From contig NW_021835497.1 in NCBI RefSeq assembly GCF_006345805.1, forward strand, positions 1-45,699: a stretch of 45,699 bases of DNA, read 5' to 3'. The notes under the pieces are model-generated. The model made no database searches. It was not told where the DNA came from and was given only the letters and a program-made list of their open reading frames with translations. This DNA comes from Octopus sinensis (taxonomy: Eukaryota). Positions 1 to 11,379 of this stretch are shown piece by piece. Both the position numbers and the translations under genes were made by a program. How positions within the stretch are numbered: the first letter of the stretch is position 1; each line of letters begins with the position of its first letter.

Positions 1-1029
1 TTCCACAAGGACATGTGTTACATCAAAAATTCTTGTTGGGGATGCAAATCCTCTCATTCACATACGACATAATGCGGCAGCAGCATAGAGTTGAAGCGTC
101 CATCTCTTTCTTCTCTCAATGTAGAATGAGGAAAATTGGATGTTGAGGTAATGTAAATAAATAAATACATATATAGAGGTGAAGATGGAGGGGCGAGAGT
201 TCGGACGAAGGGATAAAAAATGTATAAAAAGTGTAAGTATAGAATAATATAAAAATGTAGAGGATAAAGGGTTGTAAGGAGATGTAAGGGGGTATAAAAG
301 AAATATAAAGTAAAAATAGAAATAGAAATAAAAGTAAAAAAACCTGATAAAAACATGATAAAAGTGTAAAAGAATGTAAAGATAAGGGATGTATAGAGGT
401 TATGGACCAAGCATGGTGGTCAGGAGATTGATAAAATTTAGTTGTAGAATTGTCAGTACATCAACAGTTTCGTCTGGGGACTTAATGCGTTGTAAATCAG
501 AGCTGATGAGCATTTAATCCCTATGTAGTCTCTTTAATCCCCTATATCTATACCCTTTCACATTTCTAACTCAGATGTTGAACGCACACCGCCAAACTCC
601 ACTTCCCACCCTCCAATTTTCCATTTTCAGTTCCCCCCGCCCACCCCTACGTTTAACACACACCTCTAACTTTCAAACCACCTTCATCTCATGTTAAACT
701 TTACAAATTATATTTTTATCTTATTTTATTTTTATTTTATTTTTACTTTTATTTTTACTTTTATCCTACTTCCATTTATTTTATTTTTATTTTTAATTTT
801 ATTTTTACTTTTATTCTACTTCCATTTATTCTCATTTTCATTTTCATCCCTTACCTTAACTCTTATAATTTTTATAATTCTTATACTTCATTTCTAACTA
901 TTACGTTGTATTTCTTATTTTATACTGTATTTTTTATTTCTAATCTTTACCCTTACCCTCATTCTTACCCCTAACTTATCACTTTACACTTCTATTTATG
1001 TTTATTTACTTACCTATGGATCCACCTTT

Positions 1030-1520
1030 TGAATATACGAGCGTCCGCGTACGTGTGTATACGCATACATACATATGCACGCGCATATATGTACATGCAT
1101 ACTTCGATATCTTATAGCTATACCCATGTGCGCGTGTGTCTCTGTGTGTGTATATGAGTGTATATGTGCACGCACATACGGACACACAGCCGTGTGTGCG
1201 TGCGCGTATTGACATGAGTACGGATTCTTTACATACGTTCTTATACACATCCTTTAATATCTTATACCTGGACCTAGAGGCGTGGGCATATACGTGTGTG
1301 TATGTAGTGATGGGCGCGCGTATATACATGTGAGCGTGTACGCGCGTAATGTCCGTGTATATATGCGGATATTCTGTTGTATGTATGTGTGTGTACGCGC
1401 GTGCGTGTGGGTGCGTGTGTGTTTATGTACGTGTTTACACGCGAATGCGTGTGTATGCTTATAGGCTTGGAGGCGTATATGTACGCGTGTATGTGGGTGT
1501 ATATATCCATGATGATATGT
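1030..1520. repeat. Cryptic alternating purine-pyrimidine (TG/CA/TA/CG) tract in the PLE spacer
   Basis: Nearly uninterrupted RY alternation with many CpGs (e.g. GCGCGCG, CGCGCGT), unlike the CpG-poor surroundings. Confidence 0.7.
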
Positions 1521-2084
1521 ATGTACTAGAAGTCCATTTAATTCAAGGAACCAGATTAAATGCTCATCAGCTCTGATTTACAACGCATTAAGTCCCCAGA
1601 CGAAACTGTTGATGTACTGACAATTCTACAACTAAATTTTATCAATCTCCTGACCACCATGCTTGGTCCATAACCTCTATACATCCCTTATCTTTACATT
1701 CTTTTACACTTTTATCATGTTTTTATCAGGTTTTTTTACTTTTATTTCTATTTCTATTTTTACTTTATATTTCTTTATACCCCCCTTACATCTCCTTACA
1801 ACCCTTTATCCTCTACATTTTTATATTATTCTATACTTACACTTTTTATACATTTTTTATCCCTCGTCCCGAACTCTTGCCCCTCCATCTTCACCTCTAT
1901 ATATGTATTTATTTATTTACATTACCTCAACATCCAATTTTCCTCATTCTACATTGAGAGAAGAAAGATGGACGCTTCAACTCTATGCTGCTGCCGCATT
2001 ATGTCGTACGTGAATGAGAGGATTGATTCCATCCCCAACCAAGAATTTTTGATGTAACACATGTCCTTGTGGAAGCTGTTGTGC

Positions 2085-2160
2085 GCGGCTGAAGAAGGCC
2101 ACAGACATACATTATGCATTGTTATAAATCTCTAATAAAGGCCCGAAACATATGTACCGC
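2085..2160 (+). ncRNA. Minimal type I hammerhead ribozyme motif
   Basis: GCGG (stem I) CTGAAGA AGGCC [39-nt loop] GGCCC GAAA C-ATAT-G TA / CCGC. Both conserved core strands are present, stem I is 4 bp, stem II is GGCC/GGCC, and stem III is short and palindromic (CATATG). Predicted cleavage after A2156 (GUA). Confidence 0.7.
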
Positions 2161-2270
2161 TGAATCCTTCGCATCATGTTTTTATTTTATTTTGATCAAT
2201 TTACTCCACCACCTACACCACCAAACGGTATACACAGGTGCTTATAATTATCAAGTACTCACCCCGAATT

Positions 2271-2309
<39 letters not shown>

Positions 2310-2311
2310 TA

Positions 2312-2455
2312 TGACAGGCTTCTTTCAGTTTCTGTCTACCAAATCCACTCAGAAGGCATTGGACAGCCTGAGGTCATGCAATGGGACTGAACCCACAACC
2401 CTGTGGTTGGGAAGCAGGCTTCTTACCACACAGCCATGCCTACACCTATATATAA
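2312..2455 (-). mobile_element. Octopus tRNA-derived SINE (family A), 5' fragment
   Basis: Reverse complement of the head shared with 44305-44678 (GGGACTGAACCC...CTTACCACACAGCCA; CTTCTTTCAGTTTC). Confidence 0.75.
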
Positions 2456-2469
2456 TGTACATATAACGA

Positions 2470-2660
2470 TCAGCATCCTCATCATTGAAGCTCCATTCTC
2501 CCTGCTGGCATGGGTTGGATGGTTCGATGAGCTGGCATGTCAGAGGGCTGCACTAAGCTTTACTCTCGGCTTTGCGATGGTTTCTAAAGCTGGATGGCTT
2601 CCTTAATGCCAATCACCACAGAGTGGACTGGACGCTTTCTACATGGCACCAGCAGGGTCA
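2470..2660 (-). mobile_element. Decayed 3' tail fragment of the RTE family seen at 25569-29254
   Basis: Degenerate match to CATGCTAGCATGGGTTGGACGG and TTTCTACAGCTGGATGCCCTTCCTAACGCCAACCAC. Confidence 0.6.
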
Positions 2661-3284
2661 CCGAGTAACTTACAAGACATGGCCACCACAACGGAGAGCG
2701 GAGTTGTGTTGTTGGGGCTTTGTGCCAGGTGAGGAGAGTTTTGAGAGCGAAGGGGGGGACCAAAAGAGGGGTCTTGCTGCGGAGGAGATACGCGGCCACT
2801 ACAGTTGGAAGAGGCACATCGGGAGAGAGAGAGAGAGAGAGAGAGAGATGGGGACAAAGGTGTGTCAGGGTGTACCCCCAAGTCACAGGGGGTGGGGGGA
2901 GTTGAATATAAAGTGGTAGAGGGGTGTGAAGAGGGTGAGAGAAAATGCAGGGGGTGGATACAGGTGAAGGGGGACAGGGGTTAGGAAGACAAGTCGTGAG
3001 GGAGGGTTCATCCAGGACAGATTGTATGCAGGGGCCCAGTAGACATAAACAACATGGCTTCAGGGTCTCAATTTTACTTAGATGAACAAGTGTGTGCGTG
3101 TGTATATACACATGTGAACATATATATATCATTATATATATATATATACACACACACACATACATACATAATGTATATGTATTTGTGTATATATACATGT
3201 ATACACACATGCACATATATGTATGGATGCAACGACAAAAGATTGAGGCCTTTGCTTGAGAAGAAGACCCATGAAGCCAAGGAA

Positions 3285-3400
3285 AATTGTAGCCGTGGCA
3301 GATGCTGGTGTCACACAAATGGCACCCGTGCCAGTGGCATGTAAAAGCACCCATTACACTTTCAAAGTGGTTGGCATTAGGAAGGGCATCCAGCCATGGC
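3285..3400 (+). mobile_element. RTE 3'-UTR fragment
   Basis: GTGCCAGTGGCATGTAAAAGCACCCA...GGTTGGCATTAGGAAGGGCATCCAGC matches 29070-29135. Confidence 0.65.
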
Positions 3401-3548
3401 AATCATGCCATAACGAACGTTACATAATGGACAACGGACATTACATTAATGATGATGGTAATAATACACACACACACACACACACACACTCCCATGGATA
3501 TACACAAGTACATGGACACATACTTATACATGCATATATATATAATAC

Positions 3549-3589
<41 letters not shown>

Positions 3590-3833
3590 GATAGATATAT
3601 AGGAGTAAATCTAAGGATAAGCCAAATGCTTGCCCCTACATTTACTCCTCCACCTGTGCTCAGTTTAAACCCCTTGAGCATTACAAAGTATATTCTACAC
3701 GAAGAATATCTGATTCTCATCATACATATGTATGTGTGTGTGTATGGAGTTCTTGGTGCAGAATAATATATTTGAGAAAATGAGTAGAGATGGCTTTGTG
3801 GGGGAATAATTTTTATTTTAATGGTAATGTTTA

Positions 3834-3881
3834 CAGTTACTCCAAAGAGTTTCCAGCTTTTCAATAGCCATTTTCAAACTG
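3834..3881 (-). ncRNA. Hammerhead ribozyme motif with U3-A8 core variant
   Basis: Minus strand reads CAGT TTGAAAA T GGCT ATTGAAA AGCT G GAAA CTCTTTGGAG TA ACTG: stem I CAGT/ACTG, stem II GGCT/AGCT, stem III ACTC/GAGT, core UUGAAAA in place of CUGANGA. Confidence 0.6.
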
Positions 3882-4074
3882 AAATTCTGTGGTTTAGAAG
3901 GTTGTTTATATAGCAAAAGATTTTTTTTTCTTATAAGAATATGAATAGAAAATTAAAAAAATATATAAAAACTGATATAAAAAATGATATAAAAACAATA
4001 ATAAAAGAAAACAAAAAGTACAACAACAGTGAAAAAGAAAGAAAAGGGTGGAAAGGAAAAGAGTAAGAGGCTGT

Positions 4075-4141
4075 ATATGTATGTGTGTGTGTATATATAT
4101 ATATATGTATGCATATAATTGCTTATATATATCTGTGCATA

Positions 4142-4181
<40 letters not shown>

Positions 4182-4211
4182 CATATAATTGCTTATATAT
4201 ATCTGTGCATA

Positions 4212-4269
<58 letters not shown>

Positions 4270-4432
4270 TATACACATGTGTATGTGTGTATGCATATAT
4301 GTATATCTATGCGTGTGTATGTGTGTGGATATTTGTCCATATACTTATGTGCATGTGGGTGTATGTGCAAATGTATGTGTGTGTGGATGTAGAGGTGTGT
4401 ATATGTGTGTGTCTGTGTGTGTGTGTGTGTGT
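4075..4432. repeat. Compound (TA)n/(TG)n microsatellite with an internal ~70-bp duplication
   Basis: Direct reading; GTATGCATATAATTGCTTATATATATCTGTGCATATGTGTGTG occurs twice. Confidence 0.9.
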
Positions 4433-4751
4433 GAGTAAATAAGGACACACCATACCAACTGTGAAAGATGAATAAAATGACCTCAAATCAAAAGATTCAC
4501 AAAGGTCATCTTCTGACAAGAACCCAACATCTTTGACCACTCCTAAGAATATTCCGTTCCTTTATTCCTCATAGACTAATCTCTTCTCCCTACCATTTCC
4601 AGCTACTTTTTGTCTTCTTCCTCTTACTCTTTACCTTTTATCATTGCTTTTATATTTTTTGTTTTCTGTTTTAGTTTTTAGTTTTTTATTTACATACTTG
4701 TTAGAAAAAAAATCAATTGCTATATAAGCAACCTTCTAAACCCCAGAATTT

Positions 4752-4786
4752 CAGTTTGAAAAGCCTGAAACTCTTTAGAGTAACTG
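4752..4786 (+). ncRNA. Deleted copy of the U3-A8 hammerhead in the opposite arm
   Basis: CAGT TTGAAA AGCC T GAAA CTCTTTAGAG TA ACTG lacks 13 nt between two TTGAAA repeats relative to 3834-3881, which removes the 5' strand of stem II. Confidence 0.5.
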
Positions 4787-4894
4787 TAAACATTACCATT
4801 AAAATAAAAATTATTCCCCTCCAAAAACGATCTCTACTCATTTATATATATAATATACATATATAAGTATGTATGTATATATATATATATATAT

Positions 4895-7800
4895 GTCAGG
4901 TCACCTTCGAGTGCTACTGGTAACATGTAACCCAGTACAACCTGTTGCATGGTCGGGTCGTCGGCGACTAAATCGGCAACCCCATCAAGCTTGCTTGGTG
5001 AGGAGGGTGTTTATTGGACACCCTGCGGAATGAAAAACAAAACCCGTCAAAGGGCGGAGGACCTCTTGAGAGTCAACGGCCACCCAATAAATGTTAGCAC
5101 GGGTACGTAGAAATTCCGGGGTGGTGTCCGGCGTGCTGAAAGACCACTGGGAGTGAAGTGCCCCTCAGCTTTTGTTAAACCACGTCTCTAGGAGAAGGTC
5201 ACTCTGATATAAAACCAGATATGCAGGGAATGGCATTGAACATTTTGGGGATCTTTGGTTTGTGCTAGAGATCACGGCGCTCCCACATCCCTGAGCCTGC
5301 GACTCATATTGGCACCAGACATCTTGCTCCGGCTTGTCTCTGGATAATGTCAATAGAGTAGAGAGGGTCTATGAGGTGTTGTGCAAGCCTTATTGGACCT
5401 AAAACTCTGCACAGGCATTGCCGACCTCCTCTTTTTTTTTTTATATATATATGTATCTTATTTTTAGTATATATTTTCTTCATTTTTTTTTTTTATTCGG
5501 AAGTCCTGCGGCGATGGGAAGGTGGTGAAGCATGCAGACCTGACGGGTTGGAAGCATGTAGTCAGCGACCTGCACGTAGGCGGCCCATGCCAGATATAAA
5601 GTCGTCTCCTTGTCGCCCAAGACAGCGGTAGGATTCGGTTGCTGCATGGGTGTCTGAGCAGCTCCATTTGGAGAGGGCACTGCTCACTCGGAGATCAGGG
5701 AGGTTCTAGAAAAGGTGAACCAAAAATTGCCTGTCTTTCCATATCTGGTCAGTTTAGCGCGACTGACGGATGTCCACTCTGCGCTCGAAAAACAAAGAGT
5801 CTTTTATCTATAAAATCTGGACGGAACTTAAACATTTCATGTTGGAATATGCGTACTCTGTTGGACAACAAGAATGTTTGCAGGCCTGAAAGACGCACTG
5901 CACTTGTTGCTCGTGAGCTGAACCATTATAAAATTGATATAGCTGCACTCTCAGAGACTCGTATAGAAGGTGATGGTCAGCTTGAGGAAGTAGGAGGCAG
6001 ATACACCTTTTTTAGGAAATGAAGGCAGAAGGAGGAGCGCAGAGAGGCTGGTGTTTGTTTTGCAGTCCGATCTGATATCCTAAAGAAGTTGGAAGAGCTC
6101 CCTGTTCCTATAAATGAACGTATAATGACCCTACGGTTGCACTTGAAAGGTAAGCGGTTTGCTACTCTAATAAGTGCCTATGCACCTACTTTGACTAGCT
6201 GTGATGAAGATAAAATAATCTGTTATACCCAGCTGAGAGCCATACTTAGAAAAATCCCCAATTCTGATAAAGTCATTCTACTGGGGGATTTTAATGCGAG
6301 TGTAGGAACAGACTGGCAAACATGGAACTCTCTAGGACGTTTTGGTGTAGGAAAAATGAATAGCAATGGTCTCATGCTACTGGAGCTTTGCGAAGAACAT
6401 GGACTTTACATTACAAGTACTCATTTTGCGCACAAAAGTGATCACACAACAACATGGATGCATCCAAGGTCCAAAGTTTGGCACTTGCTGGATTATGTCA
6501 TCATCCGCAAGCGCGACATTTATGACATTTGTAATGTCAAGTCCTTGCATAGATCAGAATGCTGGACGGACCACAGTCTGGTGCGAGCAAAGTTCCGAAT
6601 GGTGATTAGGGCGAAAGAGAGAAGAGGACCAGTCAGCATTCCTCGCCGTCTAAATGTCCACGAGGTATATGACATTGTGGTTAGGAAAGAGCTTCAGACT
6701 CACTTGTCCAGCATTGAAACTGCTGCAGGATGGGAAGATTTTCGAGACCAGGTTGTTCAATGTGCAGCCGAAACACTGGGGCATGTTACTGCCAGACACA
6801 GAGACTGGTTTGATGAGAATGATGCTGAAATTCAACGACTATTAGTGATGAAGCGCCATGCCCACAGTGTTTGCTGCACAGAGAACTGTCTACTGTGCAG
6901 TGAAGTCTAGCACTTGCCCACTATAACAGTGTAAAATCACTACTGCAGCGATCTCTCAGGAAGATGCAGAACACTTGGTGGGAGGATCTTGCTCGTGATG
7001 TTCAGGCTGCTGCTGATGCAAATGACAGCAAGAAGCTTTACCATCTTATGAAGCGAGATTATGGACCTAAGAGCTCCACATCAGCTCCTTTGCTTTCCAA
7101 GGAGTCTTCCACTCAGTTTACTAAATCAACAGAAATCACAGGTCGCTGGATCGAACACTTCTCTGAACTCTTAAACCATGAGTCAGTTGTGGACGAAACA
7201 GTGATTGATACTATAAAACAAAGACCTATCATTGACTCCTTAGACTCCTCGCCATCAATACATGAAGTAATGACATCAATAAGTAAATTGAATCTTGGTA
7301 GAGCACCTGGAAAGGATGGAATTTGTGCTGAGGTCTTGCGATTTGGTGGTAATTGCATCACACAGTCCCTTCATGAACTTATTAGTGCAGTCTGGAGGGA
7401 TGGTGCAATCCCTAAGGACTGGAAGGATGCAATTATTCTTCCTCTATATAAAGGAAAAGGAGCCAGAACAATGCGTGGTAACTACAGAGGTATTGCTCTA
7501 CTATCAGCTGCTGGCAAGGTTCTGGCAAATATTCTTCTTACCTGTCTGAATAGGTGTCTCGTAAGTGATGTCCTATCTGAATCTCAATGTGGCTTCCGAT
7601 CTGGTAGAGGGACAATGGATATGATTTTCACAGCAAGACAGATGCAGGAGAAGTGCTATGAGCAGAATATGGATCTTGTCCAGGTATTCATTGATTTAAC
7701 TAAGGCCTTTGATACTGTAAATAGGGCCTTTCTATGGAAAATACTTGGCAAACTTGGATGTGCGGATCACTTTGTATCTATAATTGAATCATTTCATGAT

Positions 7801-8682
7801 GGGATGGAGGCTTGGGTCAATGTTGGTGGTGCCATGGCGGGACCCATTCCTGTAGAGAATGGTGTTAAGCAGGGTGACATCCTTGCCCCAACTCTCTTTT
7901 CTTTGTACTTTGCTGCTACTTTTACTCATGCTTTTGCTAAGGTTAGCTCTCTGGGGATATATGTCAGATATCGATCTTCTGGCCGCCTCTTTAATCTTCG
8001 CCGATTTGCTGCCAATTCAAAGGTTTCCCAGTCTATTATTCGTGACCTCCTTTATGCAGATGACTGTGTCTTAGTCACTCATACAGTGGATGACATGCAA
8101 ATACTCATGAATTGCATTTCTGCTTCTTGCAGGGCATTTGGACTCAGCATTAGCCTGGACAAGACTGTTGTAATGTTCCAGCCTGCACCAGGAAATCCAT
8201 ATATAGAACCAGCTATCTTGGTTGAAGGAACAATTCTGAAGGTTGTAGACAAGTTTATCTACCTGGGGAGCACACTCAGCCGTTCTTGCTCCCTGGATGA
8301 GGAAATATCTTTCAGGTTGCAGAGAGCAACAAATTCCTTCCGGTCTCTTCAGTCTTGTGTCTGATCCCAACATGGCATCGCAAGGAGAACAAAAGTTGCT
8401 GTGTACCGTGCTTGTGTACTGACATCGCTTCTCTACTCATGTGAGACATGGACTCTGTACAAACGTCAGATAAGGGTCCTTGAACGTTTTCATCAGAGAT
8501 GTCTCAGACACATTCTCAATGTTGGCTGGACCTCAAAAATTCCAGACACACAGATCCTGAGGACAGCTGATATATTGAGTATTGAGGCGATGGTACACAA
8601 GCACCAGTTACGTTGGACTGGACACCTTATTAGAATGGAGGATAGAAGGATTCCTAAGCAGATGCTCTATGGAGAACTGAAA
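4895..8682 (+). mobile_element. Decayed RTE-clade (BovB-like) LINE: long 5' UTR, APE endonuclease and reverse transcriptase; 3' end missing
   Basis: APE motifs LNISCWNMRTLLD, IDIAALSETR, ISAYAPT, ILLGDFNASVG, LLDYVII and TDHSLV (5827-6600). RT motifs KAPGKDG, NYRGIALLS, QCGFRSGR, FIDLTKAFD, GVKQGD, LLYADD and FIYLGS (7280-8280), then LRWTGHLIRM and QMLYGELK. In-frame stops at 6020 and 8362 plus a frameshift near 6870. Confidence 0.92.
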
Positions 8683-8773
8683 ATATGTTTGCTGAGTTGT
8701 CAAACATTTAGACCCAATTTTCTCAAAACAACTTGTCCGACAGTCCCATAGGCCACCCCTTTGAGAAGCACTG
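8683..8773 (-). mobile_element. Possible hAT-type MITE end abutting the truncated RTE
   Basis: TTTGAGAAGCACTG at 8760-8773 resembles a CAGTGCTTCTCAAA hAT terminal repeat. The partner end was not found. Confidence 0.3.
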
Positions 8774-9229
8774 ATTTAACCTAAATTTGAGACACCAGCA
8801 AAAGAAGAAATAAAGATAGACTTTTTTTCTATTCCAAAGAAAAACGATTTTATTCACACAAATATGCAACCGAAGAGTTTAAAGTACCAGAAATGATAAG
8901 TCTGTAGACTGGGAGAACACAAACATGGAAAATCATTTATTAACAAGAAAATAATATTTTCTTCCTTGAATAAAAAGCAATCTGTGTTTTCTTTTCATTA
9001 AAAAATAATTAAGCATGCCTTTATTTCAATAAAATTTTTGGTTTTGTTAAACGAAATTAAGGCAAAAAAAAAAAGAAAAGACTTCTTCAGAAACAAAATA
9101 GTTTTTCCTTCCTTCATGCCAAGTTTGGAGAAAATATCTCTTTTGCATCTTACTTTTTTGGTCTCTTAAATATTCTGCATTTTGTGGCATTATTTCAAGC
9201 CAGCCGGCTTTTTTGCGCAAACTGCACGT

Positions 9230-9472
9230 GCAATTTTCTCGCGTATGCGTAGTATCGATCGCAACAGCTAATGTACTTGCATGTACAAATGCACGTTCCC
9301 ACGGCTTTATCGATCACATTCTCAACTGGAATCAATTTTTGTAATTTTTTAAAGACTTATACATGCCCTGATACCATTGGTATCTACATATCAAATTTGA
9401 GTGTAATCGGATGGAGGATGCCTGAGATCCTAGAAGACACACAGACAGACAGAACGGGTTTTATAAAAGAGA
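9230..9472 (-). mobile_element. Non-autonomous Helitron-like element, 5' end
   Basis: Plus strand CATATCAAATTTGAGTGTAATCGG...ACAGACAGACAGAAC...TTTTATAAAAGAGA|T gives A|TC on the minus strand, the usual Helitron 5' terminus and subterminal motif. Confidence 0.5.
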
Positions 9473-10867
9473 TGTATATATATATATATTTAATAACGAA
9501 CCATGTAATTCACACTCTGGAAAATTTATTTCTGTAAAATGTTGGGAGTGGGTACAATTTCCTAGGCTTCTGCCTCGCCCCACCCCGTTTTGCAGACCCA
9601 AAAAGGGTTTTGTAGCATAATAGGTCACAGGAATTCATCCAACAAAAACCAAAAATAATTTCCAATGATTTGGGAATGGGGTGGGAGTGCGTCCCCGTCG
9701 TGGCACCCTTTTCTTCTGAACCATAATAAGTGATTTCCAGCATATTTGGAGGTCAGGGTACTTCATTCCATGCAAAAAAAATTCTTGGTGAAAATCGTGC
9801 GGGTGTTAATCTGAAAGTTTACCGAGGTACAACACCCCCCTCCCCGCCACTGCTAACAAGATATTGTATATAAAGGGTGCAGTGTAGCAGCGATAACCCG
9901 CTGGTGGAGAATCTGCCTGGGGTTAAACTAGTAGTAACCTTCAGCAGCCACTTTGATGTGCTGACTCACTTTACTTCCTGAGATTTTACAAACTACACAC
10001 ACACACACTATAACGGCTCTCACTCTCTCTCTCTATCTATCTATCTATCTCTCTCTCTCTCTCTCTCTCTCTCCCTCTCTCTCTATTTATTATGTAATGA
10101 AAGAAAGGACATGACCATCATGAAATACAACAATGTCTCTTTCAACACGCAACTTCACATGAAGAATCCAGCAAAACAAATGCATAAAAGTATGCCTGTG
10201 TCTGTGTGAATCTTTTATCTTTAACGTGTTTCAGACATTAGACTGTGGCCATGCTGGAGCAACACCTTGAAGAATTTCTAGTCGAAGAATTGAACCCAGT
10301 ACATCTTTGTGTTAAGCCTTGTATTTATTCCATCGATCCCTCCATATAGCACCTTCTTTTTCACTCGCTCATCCTCTCTCTCTCTCTCTCTCTCTTTCTA
10401 ACAAACTGAGTCACAATGCAAATATTTCCTTCAGGCATTACACAGTATAATGTGTGATTTAAAGGGATTTGACTGCTATTTCTGCAAGAGAAAATATCGA
10501 TACAACTATATTCACAGATATACAAGAAGTGACTCCCAGACCTCAAAAAGAATTATAGTTCCTCATCCACGCCAGAAATTTTAAGGGGACGGGTTAAATC
10601 GACATTTACCGAAAGTGGTCTAGTCACCAGATAGGGGTCCTGCATGGCCTCATTAGACACACATAAGAGAGTACGCTGTAATTAATTGGTAATTCCAACG
10701 AGCCTACTTTCATTGCAGATAATCCCCCCAGATATAACACAGTATGATGTGTGATTTCAGGAGATTTGACTGCTATTTCTAGAAGGAGATGTATTAGTAC
10801 AACTATATTGATATATATTATTGTTGCTATGGTGTGTGTGTTTGTGTGTGTGTGTGTGTGTATAAGT

Positions 10868-11075
10868 GGGGAAATTGGTAGAATCGTTGCCATGCTGGAG
10901 GAAATGTTTAATCGCATTTTGTATAGCTTCATGTTGTGAGTTCAAGTTCTGCCTCAGTCGATTTATCCATTTCATCGTTCCAGGGTCAATAAATTAAGTA
11001 CCAGTCAAATACTAAGGATGAAGTCATTGATTAGCTGCCCACAGTAATTGCAGGCCTTGTGCTAATAGTAAAAAG
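10868..11075 (+). mobile_element. Octopus SINE family B (GGTGAGCTGGCAGAA head), decayed
   Basis: Aligns by eye to 12583-12797 (GAGTTCAA...GGGTCAATAAATTAAGTACCAGT...CAGGCCTTGTG). Confidence 0.65.
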
Positions 11076-11080
11076 TGAAT

Positions 11081-11116
<36 letters not shown>

Positions 11117-11379
11117 GATAGATCTGTTATAGTATGTGTGTGTATAAGCCGATGAGGTGACAGAATCGTTCACACGCAGGGTCGTTGGAGTCAATTAGTT
11201 GCCTCTACTAGAATTCCAGGCCTTGTTTTCTTTAGACAAAGAATGATTACATATGTGTATGGTAGAAAGCAGAAGTCTCCATGGGTGCCCTGGGACTGAA
11301 TGTCGATGTGGGTGAAGATTACAAGGAAAATTTCTGCTCCCAAATTCTGAGAAGAAAAGAGAGTAACAGACAAATGGAT

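Larger units (their letters stand above)
1..2270 (+). mobile_element. Penelope-like element (PLE) remnant: inverted pseudo-LTR pair (1-519 / 1554-2074) around a ~1 kb spacer, with a hammerhead at the end of the right arm
   Basis: 1-519 is the near-exact reverse complement of 1554-2074 (TTCCACAAGG at 1-10 vs CCTTGTGGAA at 2065-2074; inner ends GAGCATTTAATC vs GATTAAATGCTC). A type I hammerhead core follows at 2085-2160. Inverted pLTRs plus minimal hammerheads are characteristic of PLEs. No RT or GIY-YIG ORF is recognisable, so the element is non-autonomous or truncated. The left arm runs off the window. Confidence 0.65.
3778..4843. mobile_element. Second, older inverted-repeat PLE-like remnant (arms 3778-4070 and 4620-4843)
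   Basis: AAATGAGTAGAGAT...GGGGAATAATTTTTATTTTAATGGTAATGTTTACAGTTACTC...TTTCAAACTGAAATTCTG.GGTTTAGAAGGTTG on the left is the reverse complement of 4700-4843. AAAGAGTAAGAGG (to 4070) pairs with CCTCTTACTCTTT (from 4620). Each arm carries a hammerhead-like motif. The spacer is microsatellite plus unique sequence. Confidence 0.6.

Noticed and set aside
530-690. Possible GIY-YIG C-terminal remnant (…HISNSDVE…) in the PLE spacer
   Set aside because: Too short and degenerate to support by eye.
54-2013. Mirror ORFs 54-410 (-) and 1663-2013 (+), and the F/L/I-rich ORF 691-897
   Set aside because: Products of T-rich low-complexity sequence in the inverted repeat; no domain motifs.
2584-4448. Long ORFs rich in YIYI/CVCV/THTH (and similar ORFs throughout the window)
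   Set aside because: Translations of (TA)n, (TG)n and (CA)n microsatellites.
4474-4520. Hairpin ATGACCT/AGGTCAT with CAGAAGA on the minus strand as a further hammerhead
   Set aside because: No GAAA strand, and stems I and III are absent.
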